Source of the DNA: Podarcis muralis
Taxonomy: Eukaryota
Assembly: GCF_964188315.1 (NCBI RefSeq)
Contig: NC_135662.1
Location: 61,690,001-61,754,000 of the forward strand
Reading direction: 5' to 3'
Length of the DNA stretch: 64,000 nt
Shown here: in pieces, positions 24,402 to 37,916 of the stretch
Numbering within the stretch: the first letter of the stretch is position 1
How the letters are laid out: each line of letters starts with the position of its first letter
The notes under the pieces: generated by a model
Databases searched by the model: none
Told to the model about the DNA's origin: nothing
The model's input: the letters and a program-made list of their open reading frames with translations, nothing else
Translations under genes and position numbers: made by a program

Positions 24402-26492
24402 GACTTAATTAATACGTTATGCTTTTGGGGACACTTCGGGGGCAATGGTCTAGAACCTGCGTCTGTGTTGGTCCTGGTAGCTAGGAATGATGGGAGTTGT
24501 AGTCCAAAAACAGCTGGAGACCCAAGTTTGGGAAATTTTGGTCTAGAAACACAAGGCCTCTGCTGCCCCCATAGCTACTCAGAGGCTTGGCACATTTTGA
24601 CACAAGGAGACCTACTTGGGTGAGCTGAGGCCAAAAACCACTAGACATCTGGACAGATTAAGCTCACCTGTGCAGGAGAAAGGTGATAGTGACTGGTCCA
24701 GTCAATACTGTCACTGAAGAATTGCTAGGAAAGCAGCATTGTTCAAAACAAATAAAGCAGGCACAGCTCCATCAAAGGGTTGCACACACATACTTTTTTT
24801 ATCTGTTTGCTCCAGCTCCTGCTTTGCCTTGTGTTTTGAAAATAAAACAATAACAATAAAGCCAAATCTCGGGGTCATATATAGTCCTCCTGGGCTTTAA
24901 TTCGGAGGATCCCCTGCTTGTTACCTCTGATATGCCGAGAACATTCCTTCATGCCTTTCCACATGGAAGCACAAAATTTTCTGCATTTTCAGCTCCAACC
25001 ATACAATGTTATCTACTTCTGGTGTCTTATGTAACTCTGCAGGAATGCTGAAATACTTTCCGGACTTTTGGAGGTTTGGAAGGTGAGGAAGGTTGGCGGG
25101 GATTGGGGGAGGACTGGCATCTGGTTTGACATATAACACGGCATTCTCTTTTGGGGCCATGTTAGTCGTTGCAGTTGAGATGCTAGCCGGATGTGTGAGT
25201 TTTACTGATACAGAAGGAATTTATTGATAATGAAAGCTCCGAGGAAGAGATTGGGGAATTGTCATCTGTGTTTCATTACACACACAAGTGAGGCAAGCAA
25301 CAATATGGATTTGGGAAGGGTGACAATTTGGGATTTAGTAGATGTGATCAGTGCTCATTTTAGACACAGGACATGTTTTGGTTTCTGCTTGTCAATAACT
25401 CAACAAAAATGGATGCCTCCTGGTAAGAGAAGCATGTCTCTTTGTCTTCCTTTAACCACTGCAAGCACTGCAATCTGTAGAGTGCAACTAGACAATTAAA
25501 AAGCATGCACGCGCACCCCCGTACGAAAACAGAAGTTGTTGAAGGTGACGGGGTGGGAGAAAGTTTAATTATCTCTCCATTCCCAGGGTAGCCCTTGATG
25601 AAAATTACTGATGAAGATTTCTATCAGGAGTGAAGCCTCTTCCCCCTGAAGTTTTCTTGGCCACTATTTCAAACATAACCAACGAACATGCATGTTACCT
25701 GCAGTGATTCAACTGACCCCTTGTATAGTTTGGCTCTCAGTTTGTTTGGGAGCCAACCACACCACTACTACTTTTGGTAGCTGTTCCAGGAAACTGAAGC
25801 TGCACCTCTGCACTCAGGACCATGAGATTTTTCTGGAGGGTCAGCTTGCCTAGGGGAGTGAGCCACTGTGGGAGCATCTCGGCCAGTTTTCCAGATGAAT
25901 TGTGAATGTGCTCTAGCACTGAGGTTTTATGGCACAATGGCAATGCAATCCTGCACATGTCTACTCAGAAGTAAGCCCGTTGAGTTCAATGGAACTACTT
26001 CCAGGTAAGTATGTATGAGGATTGCAGCCTCAATATGATTTTGCCCTCTCAACCCAGTTTCTGTACCCAGCTGGGAAACTGCAGAGAGAGAAAACAAATA
26101 GGTGAACAATTGTTCTTGTTCAGCCTTCCTTGTCTGAGAGCTTACTATGTGTTTCCAGCTGTCTGAATTCCCATTTTATATGTGGGCAAGATCTGAGCCC
26201 ACAGCAACCACCCTCACTTCCACCACCTGGGTTTAGATGAAAAGTGAAAAAGAGTGAATTGCTGAGATTTGTCGGCTTCTCTCCATGCTAACACGTTTTG
26301 GCTTCGCAACAGCAGGAGACCAGGCAGGCACCAGAGGAAACAGAGCTTAGATATCGTCTCTTCTGCTTGCTATCTAGGCTGCTGCTGCAATGGGAAAGCA
26401 GGCCCGTCCAGCTACTCGGTCACCCAGCACACAGGGCAGTATAGAAGGACAGGACACAGGAAAGAAGCAGAAGAAGACCCCTTCTATCCCAC

Positions 26493-26879
26493 CGAAAAAT
26501 TGATGCTTTTGAATTATGGTGCTGGAGGGAGACTCTTGAGAGTCCCATGGACTGCAAGAAGATCAAACCTCTCCATTCTTAAGGAAATCAGCCCTGAGTG
26601 CTCACTGGAAGGACAGATCGTGAAGCTGAGGCTCCAGTACTTTGGCCACCTTATGAGAAGAGAAGACTCCCTGGAAAAGACCCTGATGTTGGGAAAGATT
26701 AAGGGCACAAGGAGAAGGGGAGGACAGAGGACAAGATGGTTGGATAGTGTTCTTGAAGCTACCAGCATGAGTTTGACCAAACTGCGGGAGGCAGTGGAAG
26801 ACAGGAGTGCCTGGCGTGCTCTGGTCCATGGGGTCACGATGAGTTGGACACGACTAAACGACTAAACAACAACAACAAA
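26493..26879 (+). mobile_element. BovB LINE 3' fragment
   Basis: Same C-terminal peptide and (CAA)n tail as 15332-15807, with shorter 5' extent. Confidence 0.93.
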
Positions 26880-27019
26880 CATCCACTACAGCACATATAG
26901 CAGCTGTGGTTTTTGGCTGGGTTCACCTTAGCACAATTAAGGCTCACTCATTTTATCACTTTGCCCCTCTCCCCCCCCCCCCTTTTCAGTAAATATTGTA
27001 GCATTTTGAGTACAGGACC

Positions 27020-27034
27020 TCTTTCTTTCTTTCT

Positions 27035-27078
<44 letters not shown>

Positions 27079-27079
27079 T
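27020..27079. repeat. (TTTC)n microsatellite
   Basis: Direct reading. Confidence 0.95.
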
Positions 27080-27711
27080 CCCTAAGTTTCACTAGCAATG
27101 CCCAGTTCACATTTTTGGCACTGTTCTCACTGAAACAAATGCAATACTTTTTTAAAAAACAAAAAACCACCCTCTGAATCCCCTTTTATAAATAGCTTCT
27201 GGCACATTGTCTTTAATTCAGTCCAGTTTGACCTTGAGCAGATAAGAAATGCAAATTAAAATGTTAAGTTTTGCTTAGTGTAGATAACGGAGTTTCGTAC
27301 TTAAATTCCACAAGGTTTTGATTGCCTATTTTTACAGCCTACCCGGCTGGTTCATAAAAACTATGCGCAGGAACTGAATCAGCATACTGTACATGTACAG
27401 CAAACATCATCAAAAATGACAATGTTATCTTATCACAGTGGTGCATACTTTATACACAACAGTTGCCTCAAATTAAGTCAATTATCGAAAGTAAATAACA
27501 TTCGTGGTGGCAAAAGCAACACAACCTTCTATAAAATACCTTTATAAAATTACACACAACTCTGAGGAGAGAGGGAGAAAGGCAAACTTTCTAAATTGGT
27601 TTGTTTACTGCATGAGGATGATAACATTACATTGCTACCTCTAAAAAAAGCTAACCGTGGCCTTGGAAAATAACCAGGATGCTGATGTCTGAGGGCTGCA
27701 TTTTCATGTTA

Positions 27712-28068
27712 CTAAACCACTGAGCCTCTTGGGCTTGCCGATCAGAAGGTCGGCTGTTCGAATCCCTGTGACAGGGTGAGCTCCCATTGCTCTGTCCCAG
27801 CTCCTGACAACCTATCAGGTCGAAAGAACACCAGTGCAAGTAGATAAATAGGTACCGCTGTGGCGGGAAGGTAAACAGTGTTTCCATGCGCTCTGGCTTT
27901 TGTCACGGTGTTCCGTTGTGCCAGAAGCAGTTTCGTCATGTTGGCCACATGACCGGGAAAGCTGTCTGTGGACAAACGCTGGCTCCCTTGGCCTGAAAGC
28001 AAGATGAGCGCCGCAACCCCATAGTTGCTTTTGACTAGACTTAACCATCCAGGGGTCCTTTACCTTTT
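27712..28068 (+). mobile_element. Sauria SINE
   Basis: B-box gttcgaatcc, conserved body, tail gggtcctttaccttt. Confidence 0.92.
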
Positions 28069-29322
28069 GCTAGGCGCTGTCTTTAGTATCATGCCTCTAA
28101 ATATGAGTTTCTGGTAATCAGAAGGACAGGGGGCGGGGTTCAGATCCAAAACATGCACCATATTCTACTCCTATGCCCAGGCTTTCCACAACTCATGGTG
28201 ATATGTTGGGACCATGTCCCCTCTGAACTATCCTGTGATGTCAGACTTTAAAAGAGCTATTTTAGAATATGCATGAACAGCTGCCGATCACATCTATGAC
28301 TGTTTCCTAAAAGCCCTAAAAACTATGGACTTCATTATTTTTGTGACAAATACTTAAAATTCTTTATTTGGCTCCTGCTGTTAATATAAACCAAATTAAT
28401 TCCAAATGCTAAAACATCAGGAAAACTATTATGTGGCTACTTTAAAAATATCATAAACAACAAAGAGGCAGCACAAAGGAACAATAGAGCTCTGCTAAAT
28501 GTTTGAGGGAGGGAGTTTTTGTTAACACGGTGGTGGCTGCCATACAATAAACATTTTAAAGACAAACATAGTCACCCGTCATAAAGGTGACATCCTGGCT
28601 CCAACGAGGGGCAATGTAGCATTTGGCCACGGACTTCATCAATGGGGTAGGAACCACTTGAAGACAAATATCTAATAGGTTGTTACTCTTGCACAGATGT
28701 TGTCCTCTATTCAAACAGAGGACAGCATGTTCAACATTTAGAAATGCCCACAACCTGTTAGATTGATTAAATGATTCGGAGATCTCGGCAGATTAGATTC
28801 AGAGGTAGAAGAGACTGAAGAACAAATAAAATTGTCCCTGGTCACTCAGAGCATCTTGACTCAATTTAGTTTGTATGTAACAATGGGCATGGTCCAGCCA
28901 GAGTTAAGCACTAAATACAATACTAGGAAATAGTTCCCAATGAACTCAGTGGGTCTTCTGAGTAGAAATGCTTTGTTTCAATGGGCTAGTGTTAAGCACA
29001 TGCATAAGTGAGATGCATCTTTGATTGCATTCTTTCATTTATTACTATTTTTAATGTTACGTTTTACGTTGTTGTAAACCGCCCTGGGACCTTAGGGTGA
29101 AGGGCAGGTGATTTAATGATAATAATCTCTCCCCTTTATCTCTGCAAGGGTAATTAAGTATATGGTCCAGGGAATGCATGGTTAGGCTTGCCTGTGTCTG
29201 CATTATTAACTCATTCTTTTCTCTGTTTCTGTAGTAGCATTTCAAACCACAAAGCTGCCTTTTTTGTTTCCAAATCATTTTACATTGGCATATTATCATC
29301 ATCCATTTATACATAAATATTA

Positions 29323-29678
29323 AAAGGTAAAGGTACCCCTGCCCGTACGGGCCAGTCTTGACAGACTCTAGGGTTGTGCGCCCATCTCACTCAAGAGGCC
29401 GGGGGCCAGCGCTGTCCGGAGACACTTCCGGGTCACGTGGCCAGCATGACATCGCTGCTCTGGCGAGCCAGAGCCGCACACGGAAACACCGTTTACCTTC
29501 CCGCTAGTAAGCGGTCCCTATTTATCTACTTGCACCCGGGGGTGCTTTCGAACTGCTAGGTTGGCAGGCGCTGGGACCGAACAACAGGAGCGCACCCCGC
29601 CGCGGGGATTCGAACCGCTGACCTTTCGATCAGCAAGCCCTAGGCGCTGAGGCTATTACCCACAGCGCCACCCGCGTC
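29323..29678 (-). mobile_element. Sauria SINE, CpG-rich variant subfamily
   Basis: Full length; perfect 15-bp TSD TATACATAAATATTA at 29308-29322 and 29679-29693. Confidence 0.95.
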
Positions 29679-30234
29679 TATACATAAATATTATAATGGT
29701 GTAATTATTGCTGTCTGTCTGGAACAAACACACTAATATTGGCCAACACTAAGTTCCCCTGTATTAAGCAAGTTTATCAAAGCCAATATACTTCTGTCCA
29801 TGTGCACAACTATATCCAGTAAAGATCCCTAAAGTGGTGCTGCTGTTTTCCCCAAAATAGCCTTTTAATGAATGCATGTGTAAGATATATGTTCATGCAA
29901 ATGTGTCCATTAGTGCACTTGCAGATCTGTTAACAATAGTGATCCATTAGCTAGCTTGTTAGTCCACCCCACAGCTGACAGAAAGAGAGAGAAGAACAGA
30001 TCTACTGACCAGCTGAGACCAGGTATATTTTTGGAACAAGTATATTGAGGGCCTGTAGTGTAATGGCTAAGAGACGGAGCAGGAAATCCAAGCTATCAGT
30101 ATACATATTGCAATTCTCAAAACTGCAAGAACCTCCTTCTACACCACAACCTTCTGCAATATGGGGTTCCTGTAATGTAAACCTTAAGAGGTATGGGTTA
30201 CCATGAATGCATGTGAAATAGTCTGAGTACCTTA

Positions 30235-30476
30235 CAGTGGTACCTCGGGTTACGTAAGCTTCAGGTTACATACGCTTCAGGTTACAGACTCCGCTAACCC
30301 AGAAATAGTGCTTCAGGTTAAGAAGTTTGCTTCAGGATGAGAGCAGAAATCATGCTCTGGCGGCACAGCAGCAGCAGGAGGCCCCATTAGCTAAAGTGGT
30401 GCTTCAGGTTAAGAACAGTTTCAGGTTAAGTATGGACCTCCGGAACGAATTAAGTACATAACCCAAGGTACCACTG
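30235..30476 (+). mobile_element. Tigger/pogo-like MITE
   Basis: TA-CAGTGGTACCTCGGGTTA...TAACCCAAGGTACCACTG-TA; internal cttcaggtta repeats; sister copy at 41148-41373. Confidence 0.9.
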
Positions 30477-33400
30477 TACATTGCTGTATGCATGCTTATG
30501 ATTATCCTCACTGTTTAGCCCCATGGCGTTTTTCCTTTTGAAAAAAGAAAGGCAGGATATAAGAATGAAAAATAATAAACAGAAAGAGAGATGTTCAAGT
30601 GGTTTCCTTTAACACTGACAGTTTTAATATTTTGCTTAGATTGTTACACTTGGGTTGCACCAGCATATATCGAACACACCTTGCTGTTCAGTATGGGCAT
30701 GTTCTAGAAAAGTTGAACACGCACTGATGCGAGCAGGAATAATTCTTGCTTAGGAACAAATGTTTGGTTCTGGCACGAAGTTGCTATCTGCTATCAGATA
30801 GCAAAGCAGAATAGCAAAAGAAACTGGCATGTTCACGTCGCATACATGAATTATGCCCCCCCCCCTTTTTATGGACAAGATAATTATAAGAGTGCTAACA
30901 AACAATAGAAAACTGTGCTATAACTGCAGCTGTTAAATGTTTTTACTGTGCAACTTGCATACGGGCTCACACGTATGAAGAGGAAAAATATGCATAGGCC
31001 AATGCAGTATTTAGAAAATCCCACTTACTCACAAAAACAAGTTTTCTTGATAATGATCAAATAAATGCTCCTGGCTATTCAGTGCATCTGAAAATTTAGC
31101 CTCGATTTTGAATGCAGATCTCTGTTGTACATTAGCTGTACTCTCCCCTTATTTTTCTTACATTGCACACACAAATCTATACATTCTGTCAAAGAGTGCT
31201 CCAGGGAATGACTGATTCCTTGAGCTAGCCTGCAGGGCACAGTTCAGCTACGGAAAATTCACACAGGAGTTTGTCTGAAGCAGCTTAGGGAAGCCACCCA
31301 TCAACCCGGCTGATATAAAGCTTAGAAATTCTTTCTGTGATTTCGGTCGACTATCCCCAAAGCTATTCTGCATCTACTGGAATGCCAAAACCACTACAGT
31401 AGTCCTAAACACCTGCAACAGGAAGAATCTCTTCTACAAGGCACTTCCTGCTTGGCCACTACAATAGCTGACTCGAGCAATGCCTGGAAGCACCCCTTAC
31501 TGTATCAAGGCCATAAACCTTCCTGGATCATAACTGTACCAGCAGCGTGAATGTTCTGTCTTTTAACATCCTTTAATCTAACACAAACGTGTAAGATCAT
31601 TCCACAGTGGTTAAAGACAGGAAAGGAATGTGAAATGCTTCCCTTCAAAACAACTCATTTGCGCTCATTTTTCACATCCCCACGGGCCTGTTGTTGTCTA
31701 AGCCTAACAGGCCAACTCTGTACACTTCCGTCCCACCAGGATTTGCTGCATAGCTACTACATCATTGTTACAACAACACTTTCTTTTGGCAGTGACCAAA
31801 AAAATAAAATAAAATGCACTTGTTTGTTTGCTTTGGCACCACCTTGACAGTCCTGTAATTTAAAAGAATTTTGTAGGAGGAATCTCTTTTGATACAGTAA
31901 TTTCAAGCTGATATCCTGAAACAAAATGCTATTCAGTTTTCCAGAGGGTTTTTTTTTTGTATTTTTTTTTTTTTTTTGGCAATGATACTTGTTGTTCTTA
32001 TATTGCTGAGAGAAAATGAGGCAGTATTTCTAGGGCTGTTATACATCTGGCTTTTTCCGAATATTACTGGGATTTCAAATGTGGGACTGATGATCCAAAA
32101 GTCCTGACGCTTTGTCCTGGATCTTAGACAAGTCAATCGAAAGAATTGTGTTTTATTTTTTAAAAAGCTCAACAATTTTGGGGTCCTTCTAAATAATACT
32201 TTTGGGGTGCCCTGGTTTTTACTTTTTGAAATATGGCAACCCTAAGTATTTCATAGGGTTATACAATGTGGTCAAAGAGTTTTTGTAGGTGTTAGCAAAT
32301 GTTCCCTAAACTGAAGATAAAAACTCACCAATAATTCAGTGACGGATGCAAGGGTGTTCTCAAGAGTGGCACCCTGATTATAGATCTGGTTGCCACCGAT
32401 AGCATCTTTTGGGCTTCATTTGAATACATTTCATTTATTTGTTTTATTTATTTTTATTTGTTTTAAAATTGTATTATTATAAATGATGAATATGATGTAT
32501 TGTGTGCTTGAATGTTGTTCCTCGCTCTGAGAGTTATTTAAATGAAGAATGGGCTAAAAGTGCCCCAAACAAACAAACAAATAAAATTTAACATCATGAT
32601 GGGTGGAAATGGCTGCATCTTACCTGCAGTGGGTTTGTCTGAGATCAGGTACCCCCTAGCAATTATTTTCCATGTATATATACACAATAAGTGCAGGTGA
32701 ATGTTAAAGAATCTGCTCTCAAATGCAGAATAGAAAAACTTCACAAAGAGCCTTAGGCATTTTTCCTGCTGTTCTGGTGCTGCATTCACTGTATAGTTCA
32801 CTTACAGTACAACAGTATACGTGCTTACTTCAGATGTAAGTCTATGTTTATTGGGAATTACTCCTGGGTAACTGGATGCAGGGTGGCAGTCTAAGCTTTG
32901 TTTTAGATTTTGCATCAGAGTTCTTATGCTTTTAACAGCTGCATCTCCATAATCTAGTTCAGCAGGACATAGTGTGTTTGGTCAAAGAGGAGGGAGAGAG
33001 AAGCAGCCATGACCATACTCTCCCTAATGTTGTGTTACGTTGCATCATGCCACAACTGCAATTCTGTGTTGTACCACCACCCAATGGCAGCCATGGCAGA
33101 ATTCTTTTAAAATTCAAAATGTGCCCACTTGTTCAAAAAGGTTGGCGACCCCTGAATTAATGGATTTATATTGATCCCTTTAAAACCAGAACTTTCAATT
33201 GGACCGGCAATAAGACAAAGCCAGTGCAGCTGCTTTGAGTGCACCTTTGGAAAGGCGAAGTAAAAATCCTGAAATAAGTAACGCAACATAGGTTTGGTTG
33301 GGCAAGCAAGCCAGTAAAGTTGAAAGCTAGTAAATCTTTGTAACATTACAGAAATTTAGTTTATCAATGACTAAGGTGTGCACCTTGCGGCTGTGACATG

Positions 33401-34235
33401 CATTATGTAACTGCACAAATAAGCTGATCTAGCTGCTGTCTTCTTGGCTTGTAATACTTGGAATTCCCATTGGTTCAGCTGGATTAATTCCAAACAAATG
33501 CTGTTAGGATCAGAGAAAGACAAGCACTTTAAACCTGCTCTTGGAGCATTTGTCATTCACTCTCAAAAGCAAATTGCAACGCAGCTCTTATCTTCTGAGT
33601 TCCATAGACATGAATTTGCTTCCTGTTTTTGCAGTGGTGTTAAGGATGGTGAAATGTTCTTAATTTCCTTTTGGGGGCAACTTTTCTTTCGAAGAATCAG
33701 AGTACACAACACACACGAAACACTGATTTCACTAGTTTCCAGTAACGCCAGTCATGTGTATTATTGCTGGCCTTTATTGAGGTCAACATCTATTAATTTA
33801 AAATGTTAGCTAGCTATTTCTTACAAGGCCAATTTACTTGGCTATTCCTCTGTTGCCTCTCACAGTCCTAACCAACATTGCTTCTCACTTGGCACACAGT
33901 GCCTTTCCCTGGGCACACCAACCCTTCTGTAATCCTGACCCACACAGGACAAAACAACTCCACTTTGTGTTCAATGTTAGAATTGCTAATGCTGCCTGGA
34001 TTATTTAGCCTATGACAAACATATTTATGAAGTAGAACTTAATACCAGTTCAAGATGGAAACAAACTAATCAAGTCAACAACTGTTTTTCTCAGTTATGT
34101 GGCATAATTACTTTTTCATTCCTTAAACCAAAAGGACAGGTTTTCTCTTTGCTTATATATAATGTGACCAGGGGATAAGTCACTAGATAATACTTTGACT
34201 CCACACTTAAGGAACATCTGCAGTACATCTTGTGG

Positions 34236-34864
34236 ACCACAAGTTTAGCATGAGTCAACAGCAGCAAAAAAAGCCAATGCTATTCTAGGCTGCATCAACA
34301 GAAGTATAGTGTCCAGATCAAGGGAATCTATTCTGCCTTGGTCAGACCACACCTGAAATACTGTGTCTAATTCTGGGCACCACAATTTAAGAAGGATGTT
34401 GACAAGCTGGAACATGTCCAGGGGAGGGCAACCGAGATGATCAAGGGTCTGGAAACCAAGGCTTACAAGGAACGCTAGAAGGAGCTGGGTATGTTTAGCC
34501 TGGAAAAGAGGAGACTGAGAGGAGATATGATAGCCATCTTCAAATATCTTAAGGGCTGTCACATGGAAGAGGGAGCATTCTTGTTTTCTCCAGCCCTTGA
34601 GGGTAGGACTCAAGACAATGGCTTCAAGTTGCAAGAAAGGAGATTCCAACTAAACATTCAGAAAAAACTTTCTGACAGTAAGAGCTGTTTGGTAGTGGAA
34701 CAGACTCCCACGAGAGGTGGTGGACTCTCTTTCCTTGGAGGTTTTTAAGCAGAGGTTGGATGGTCGTCTGTCATGGATGCTTTAGCTGAGATTCCTGCAT
34801 TGCCAAGGGTTAGACTAGATGACCCTTGGGTCCTTTTCAACTCAAAGATTCTATGATCTATGAA
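34236..34864 (+). mobile_element. CR1 LINE 3' fragment
   Basis: ORF 34491-34748 MFSLEKRRLRGDMIAIFKYLKGCHMEEG...RTQDNGFKLQERRFQLNIQK; 3' UTR ending ttctatgatctatga. Confidence 0.93.
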
Positions 34865-34986
34865 ATACAGAAGTCATTCCCTCTTCTGAAGTAACTCTTG
34901 AAACTCATGAAAGCCATGAAATCTACTTAAAAACCAATGTAGTGGCAATCTTTCTTGCGTTTCCTACCCCCTACAGCTTGAAAATA

Positions 34987-35304
34987 AAGGTAAAGGTAAA
35001 GGGACCCCTGACCATTAGGTCCAGTCGCAGACGACTCTGGGGTTGCGGCGCTCATCTCGCTTTATTGGCCGAGGGAGCCGGAATACAGCTTCCAGGTCAT
35101 GTGGCACACAGAAACCCTGTTTACCTTCCCACTGCAGTGATACCTATTTATCTACTTGCACTGGCATGCTTTCAAACTGCTAGGTTGGCAGGAGCAGGGA
35201 TCAAGCAACGGGAGCTCACCCCGTCACAGGGATTCGAACCGCCGACCTTCTGATCGGCAAGCCCTAGGCTCTGTGGTTTAACCCACAGTGCCACCTGCGT
35301 CCCA
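34987..35304 (-). mobile_element. Sauria SINE (internal deletion)
   Basis: 12-bp TSD AGCTTGAAAATA at 34975-34986 and 35305-35316. Confidence 0.93.
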
Positions 35305-35524
35305 AGCTTGAAAATAGTTGCAAGCAAATGACCTGTATTGAGTGGAGGCTTAGATTTTTCTTATGTGATGAAAAGAGAGTAGGAAACATGTTTGGCAGCT
35401 AAAGGTACAAGCTGAGCCCTCTGAAAAACACTTTTATCTGAGACAAACTGAAAGTTCTGGCTGTAGGGTTGGTTCATTCACACATGCATGTCATCAGAGG
35501 AAGAAGATGAATGTGAGAACCATG

Positions 35525-35965
35525 TTGTTGTTGTTTAGTCATTTAGTCGTGTCCGACTCTTCGTGACCCCATGGACCAGAGCACGCCAGGCACCTCTGTC
35601 CTCCACTACCTCCCGCAGTTTGGTCAAACTCATGCTGGTAACCTCGAAAACACTATCCAACCACCTCGTCCTCTGTCGCCCCCTTCTCCTTGTGCCCTCC
35701 ATCTTTCCCAGCATCAGTGTCTTCTCCAGCGAGTCTTCTCTTCTCATGAGGTGGCCAAAGTACTGGAGCCTCAGCTTCACGATCTGTCCTTCCAGTGAGC
35801 ACTCAGGGCTGATTTCCTTAAGAATGGGTGCGTTTGATCTTCTTGCAGTCCATGAGACTCTCAAGAGTCTCCTCCAGCACCATAATTCAAAAGCATCAAT
35901 TCTTCGGCGATCAGCCTTCTTTATGGTCCAGCTCTCACCTCCATACATCACTACTGGGAAAACCA
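35525..35965 (-). mobile_element. BovB LINE 3' fragment
   Basis: Uninterrupted C-terminal ORF (35535-35975); (TTG)n tail on plus; 11-bp TSD TGAGAACCATG at 35514-35524 and 35966-35976. Confidence 0.95.
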
Positions 35966-37038
35966 TGAGAACCATGCATCACGCCAAAAATGCAATGTAT
36001 ATTCTTCTCCCTATTGCCATTTCTGTTTACTACCTATCATTACTCCTTTAGCCAATTAGAGTAATTCAAAAGCAATAAAATAGGCATATTTGTTAGATGC
36101 TAAACACTAAGTAGGCATCATTTGGGGGATGTGCTGCTACAGAGTAAATAAATTATCCCCTGTACATGTTAGCACCACAAGGCTTTTCTCTGACAGATCA
36201 GGATAAAGGCAAGCTGCTGTGTCCAAACAACAACTTTCCAGCATAGCTTGTTATTCAACTTGGCATCAAACCAGAATAGCAGGCGTGTTTGTGTCTGGGA
36301 GGGGGAATATGAACTTAGGGAGGGCTGCAAACAACAGTCCTGCATGTTGTTTGGACTTTATCACCCAAACATGCTCTTTATCTTTCTCTCTGTGTTACTT
36401 TGCAATTGAGTCTAGGGTTATTATCACAGTTGTATTTAATCTGTGCAACCAAACAAGACAAAGTCTCCTGAACAAAGCACAAGGAAAATATTAGACAAAG
36501 TGCAGGAAGCAAGCTTTCAGTTAAGGCAGGAATTAGCTATCCACAGCAAAAAATAAAATACAAAAATACAAAAAAATACTGAAAGATTGTTTTGGTTCTT
36601 TTAGCTGTTTCTCTTGTTTTGCAAAATAGGGGGAGGGGATATCCTGAATCACTTTTTATATGAATGCAACTTGCCATCAATTCCATGAGTTCATCTGGGT
36701 AGAAAGCATGGAACATTTCATGTTTCTTCTACCTCAACATTAAGTGAGGCTTTCTGAAATAGGAGTAATCATTTCAGGTAACTTCAGCTGCCATTAACTG
36801 ACCATTTGGTGTGTGGGGTTTTTTTTAATGTGAACACTGGAAACTGACTTATATAAACCAAGTTGATCCATCTAGTGGCCCATTATTGTGTACTTTGACT
36901 GGCAACAGCTCTGCAAGGCTTCAGGCATGAGTCCTTTCTAATCATACTTGGACACATTAGGAATTGAAATTGGGAGCTTTTTTGGATGCAAAGCATGCAC
37001 TGAGTTGTGGCATTTGCCCAGGGATCAATGCCCTGGGG

Positions 37039-37626
37039 CAGTGGTTTTCAGCCAGTGTGGCGTGGCACCTTGGGGTGTCTTGAATAATGGTCAGGAGTGC
37101 CAGGGGCAACACTGGCCTCTGTCCCTCTTTCCCTCCTCTGGTGCCTTCTCGTGTCTCTGCCTCGCAAAGGCTTTTACATCTGGTTTGTTGCAGCAGCCCT
37201 GGCTACAAGCTCCGCAGGTGAATGGTGCCTCTGGGACTGGCCAAGGGGTGAACAGAAGTGGCCTTAGAGTAAACAAGCAAGCAGGCGAGGGAGCCCTGCC
37301 AAACAGTCTGCCAGCCCTGGCTGCTGGGGACAGATGGACAAGTCCCAGGACCCTGTGGGGCAGCGTGAGGAAGCACCTCCCTTGGGGGCGGGGGGGGGGC
37401 AGCTCAGAGCCAGGAGTGGCAGCAGCGGCTGCCCAAAGGAATCCAGAGGAGAGGAGAGGCAGCTGAGGGAACACTCCACAAGGGAGGGTATTCAAAGAAG
37501 GGTGCGGGACTGCCACCTCTGCAGGCAAGGGGTGACATAACTGGGCACCTGGGCCCCACAGGGGTGCCACAGAAAGAATGTAGTTGGTCAAGGGAACTGT
37601 GGACTCAGCAAGGTTGAAAACCTGTG
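37039..37626. mobile_element. GC-rich non-autonomous hAT (Charlie-like) element
   Basis: Left CAGTGGTTTTCAGCC, right GGTTGAAAACCTGTG; 8-bp TSD ccctgggg/ccatgggg. Confidence 0.7.
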
Positions 37627-37861
37627 CCATGGGGGGGAAGAGAGCTTGCAACAAGGGATCAAATTGTAATCCCTATGTAGAGAAAGTGAAGTATCAAATG
37701 ACACCTGAAAGAAGGATGTGGAAGAAGAACATTCCTCCCTTGGCATCAATCAATCAAAGGCTTTAAAAATCAAACCAAATCAGTCTTCCTTGGCATCAAT
37801 CAAACCAAAAATGTAAATCAAAAGCTTTAGTAAAGTTCAAGACCACTAAAGAAGTTTTTTG

Positions 37862-37863
37862 GA

Positions 37864-37915
<52 letters not shown>

Positions 37916-37916
37916 A
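37862..37916. repeat. (GAAA)n microsatellite
   Basis: Direct reading. Confidence 0.95.

Noticed and set aside
15316-36051. Long antisense ORFs MTPWTRARQALL... and MDQSTPGT...
   Set aside because: They are shadow frames of the BovB fragments.
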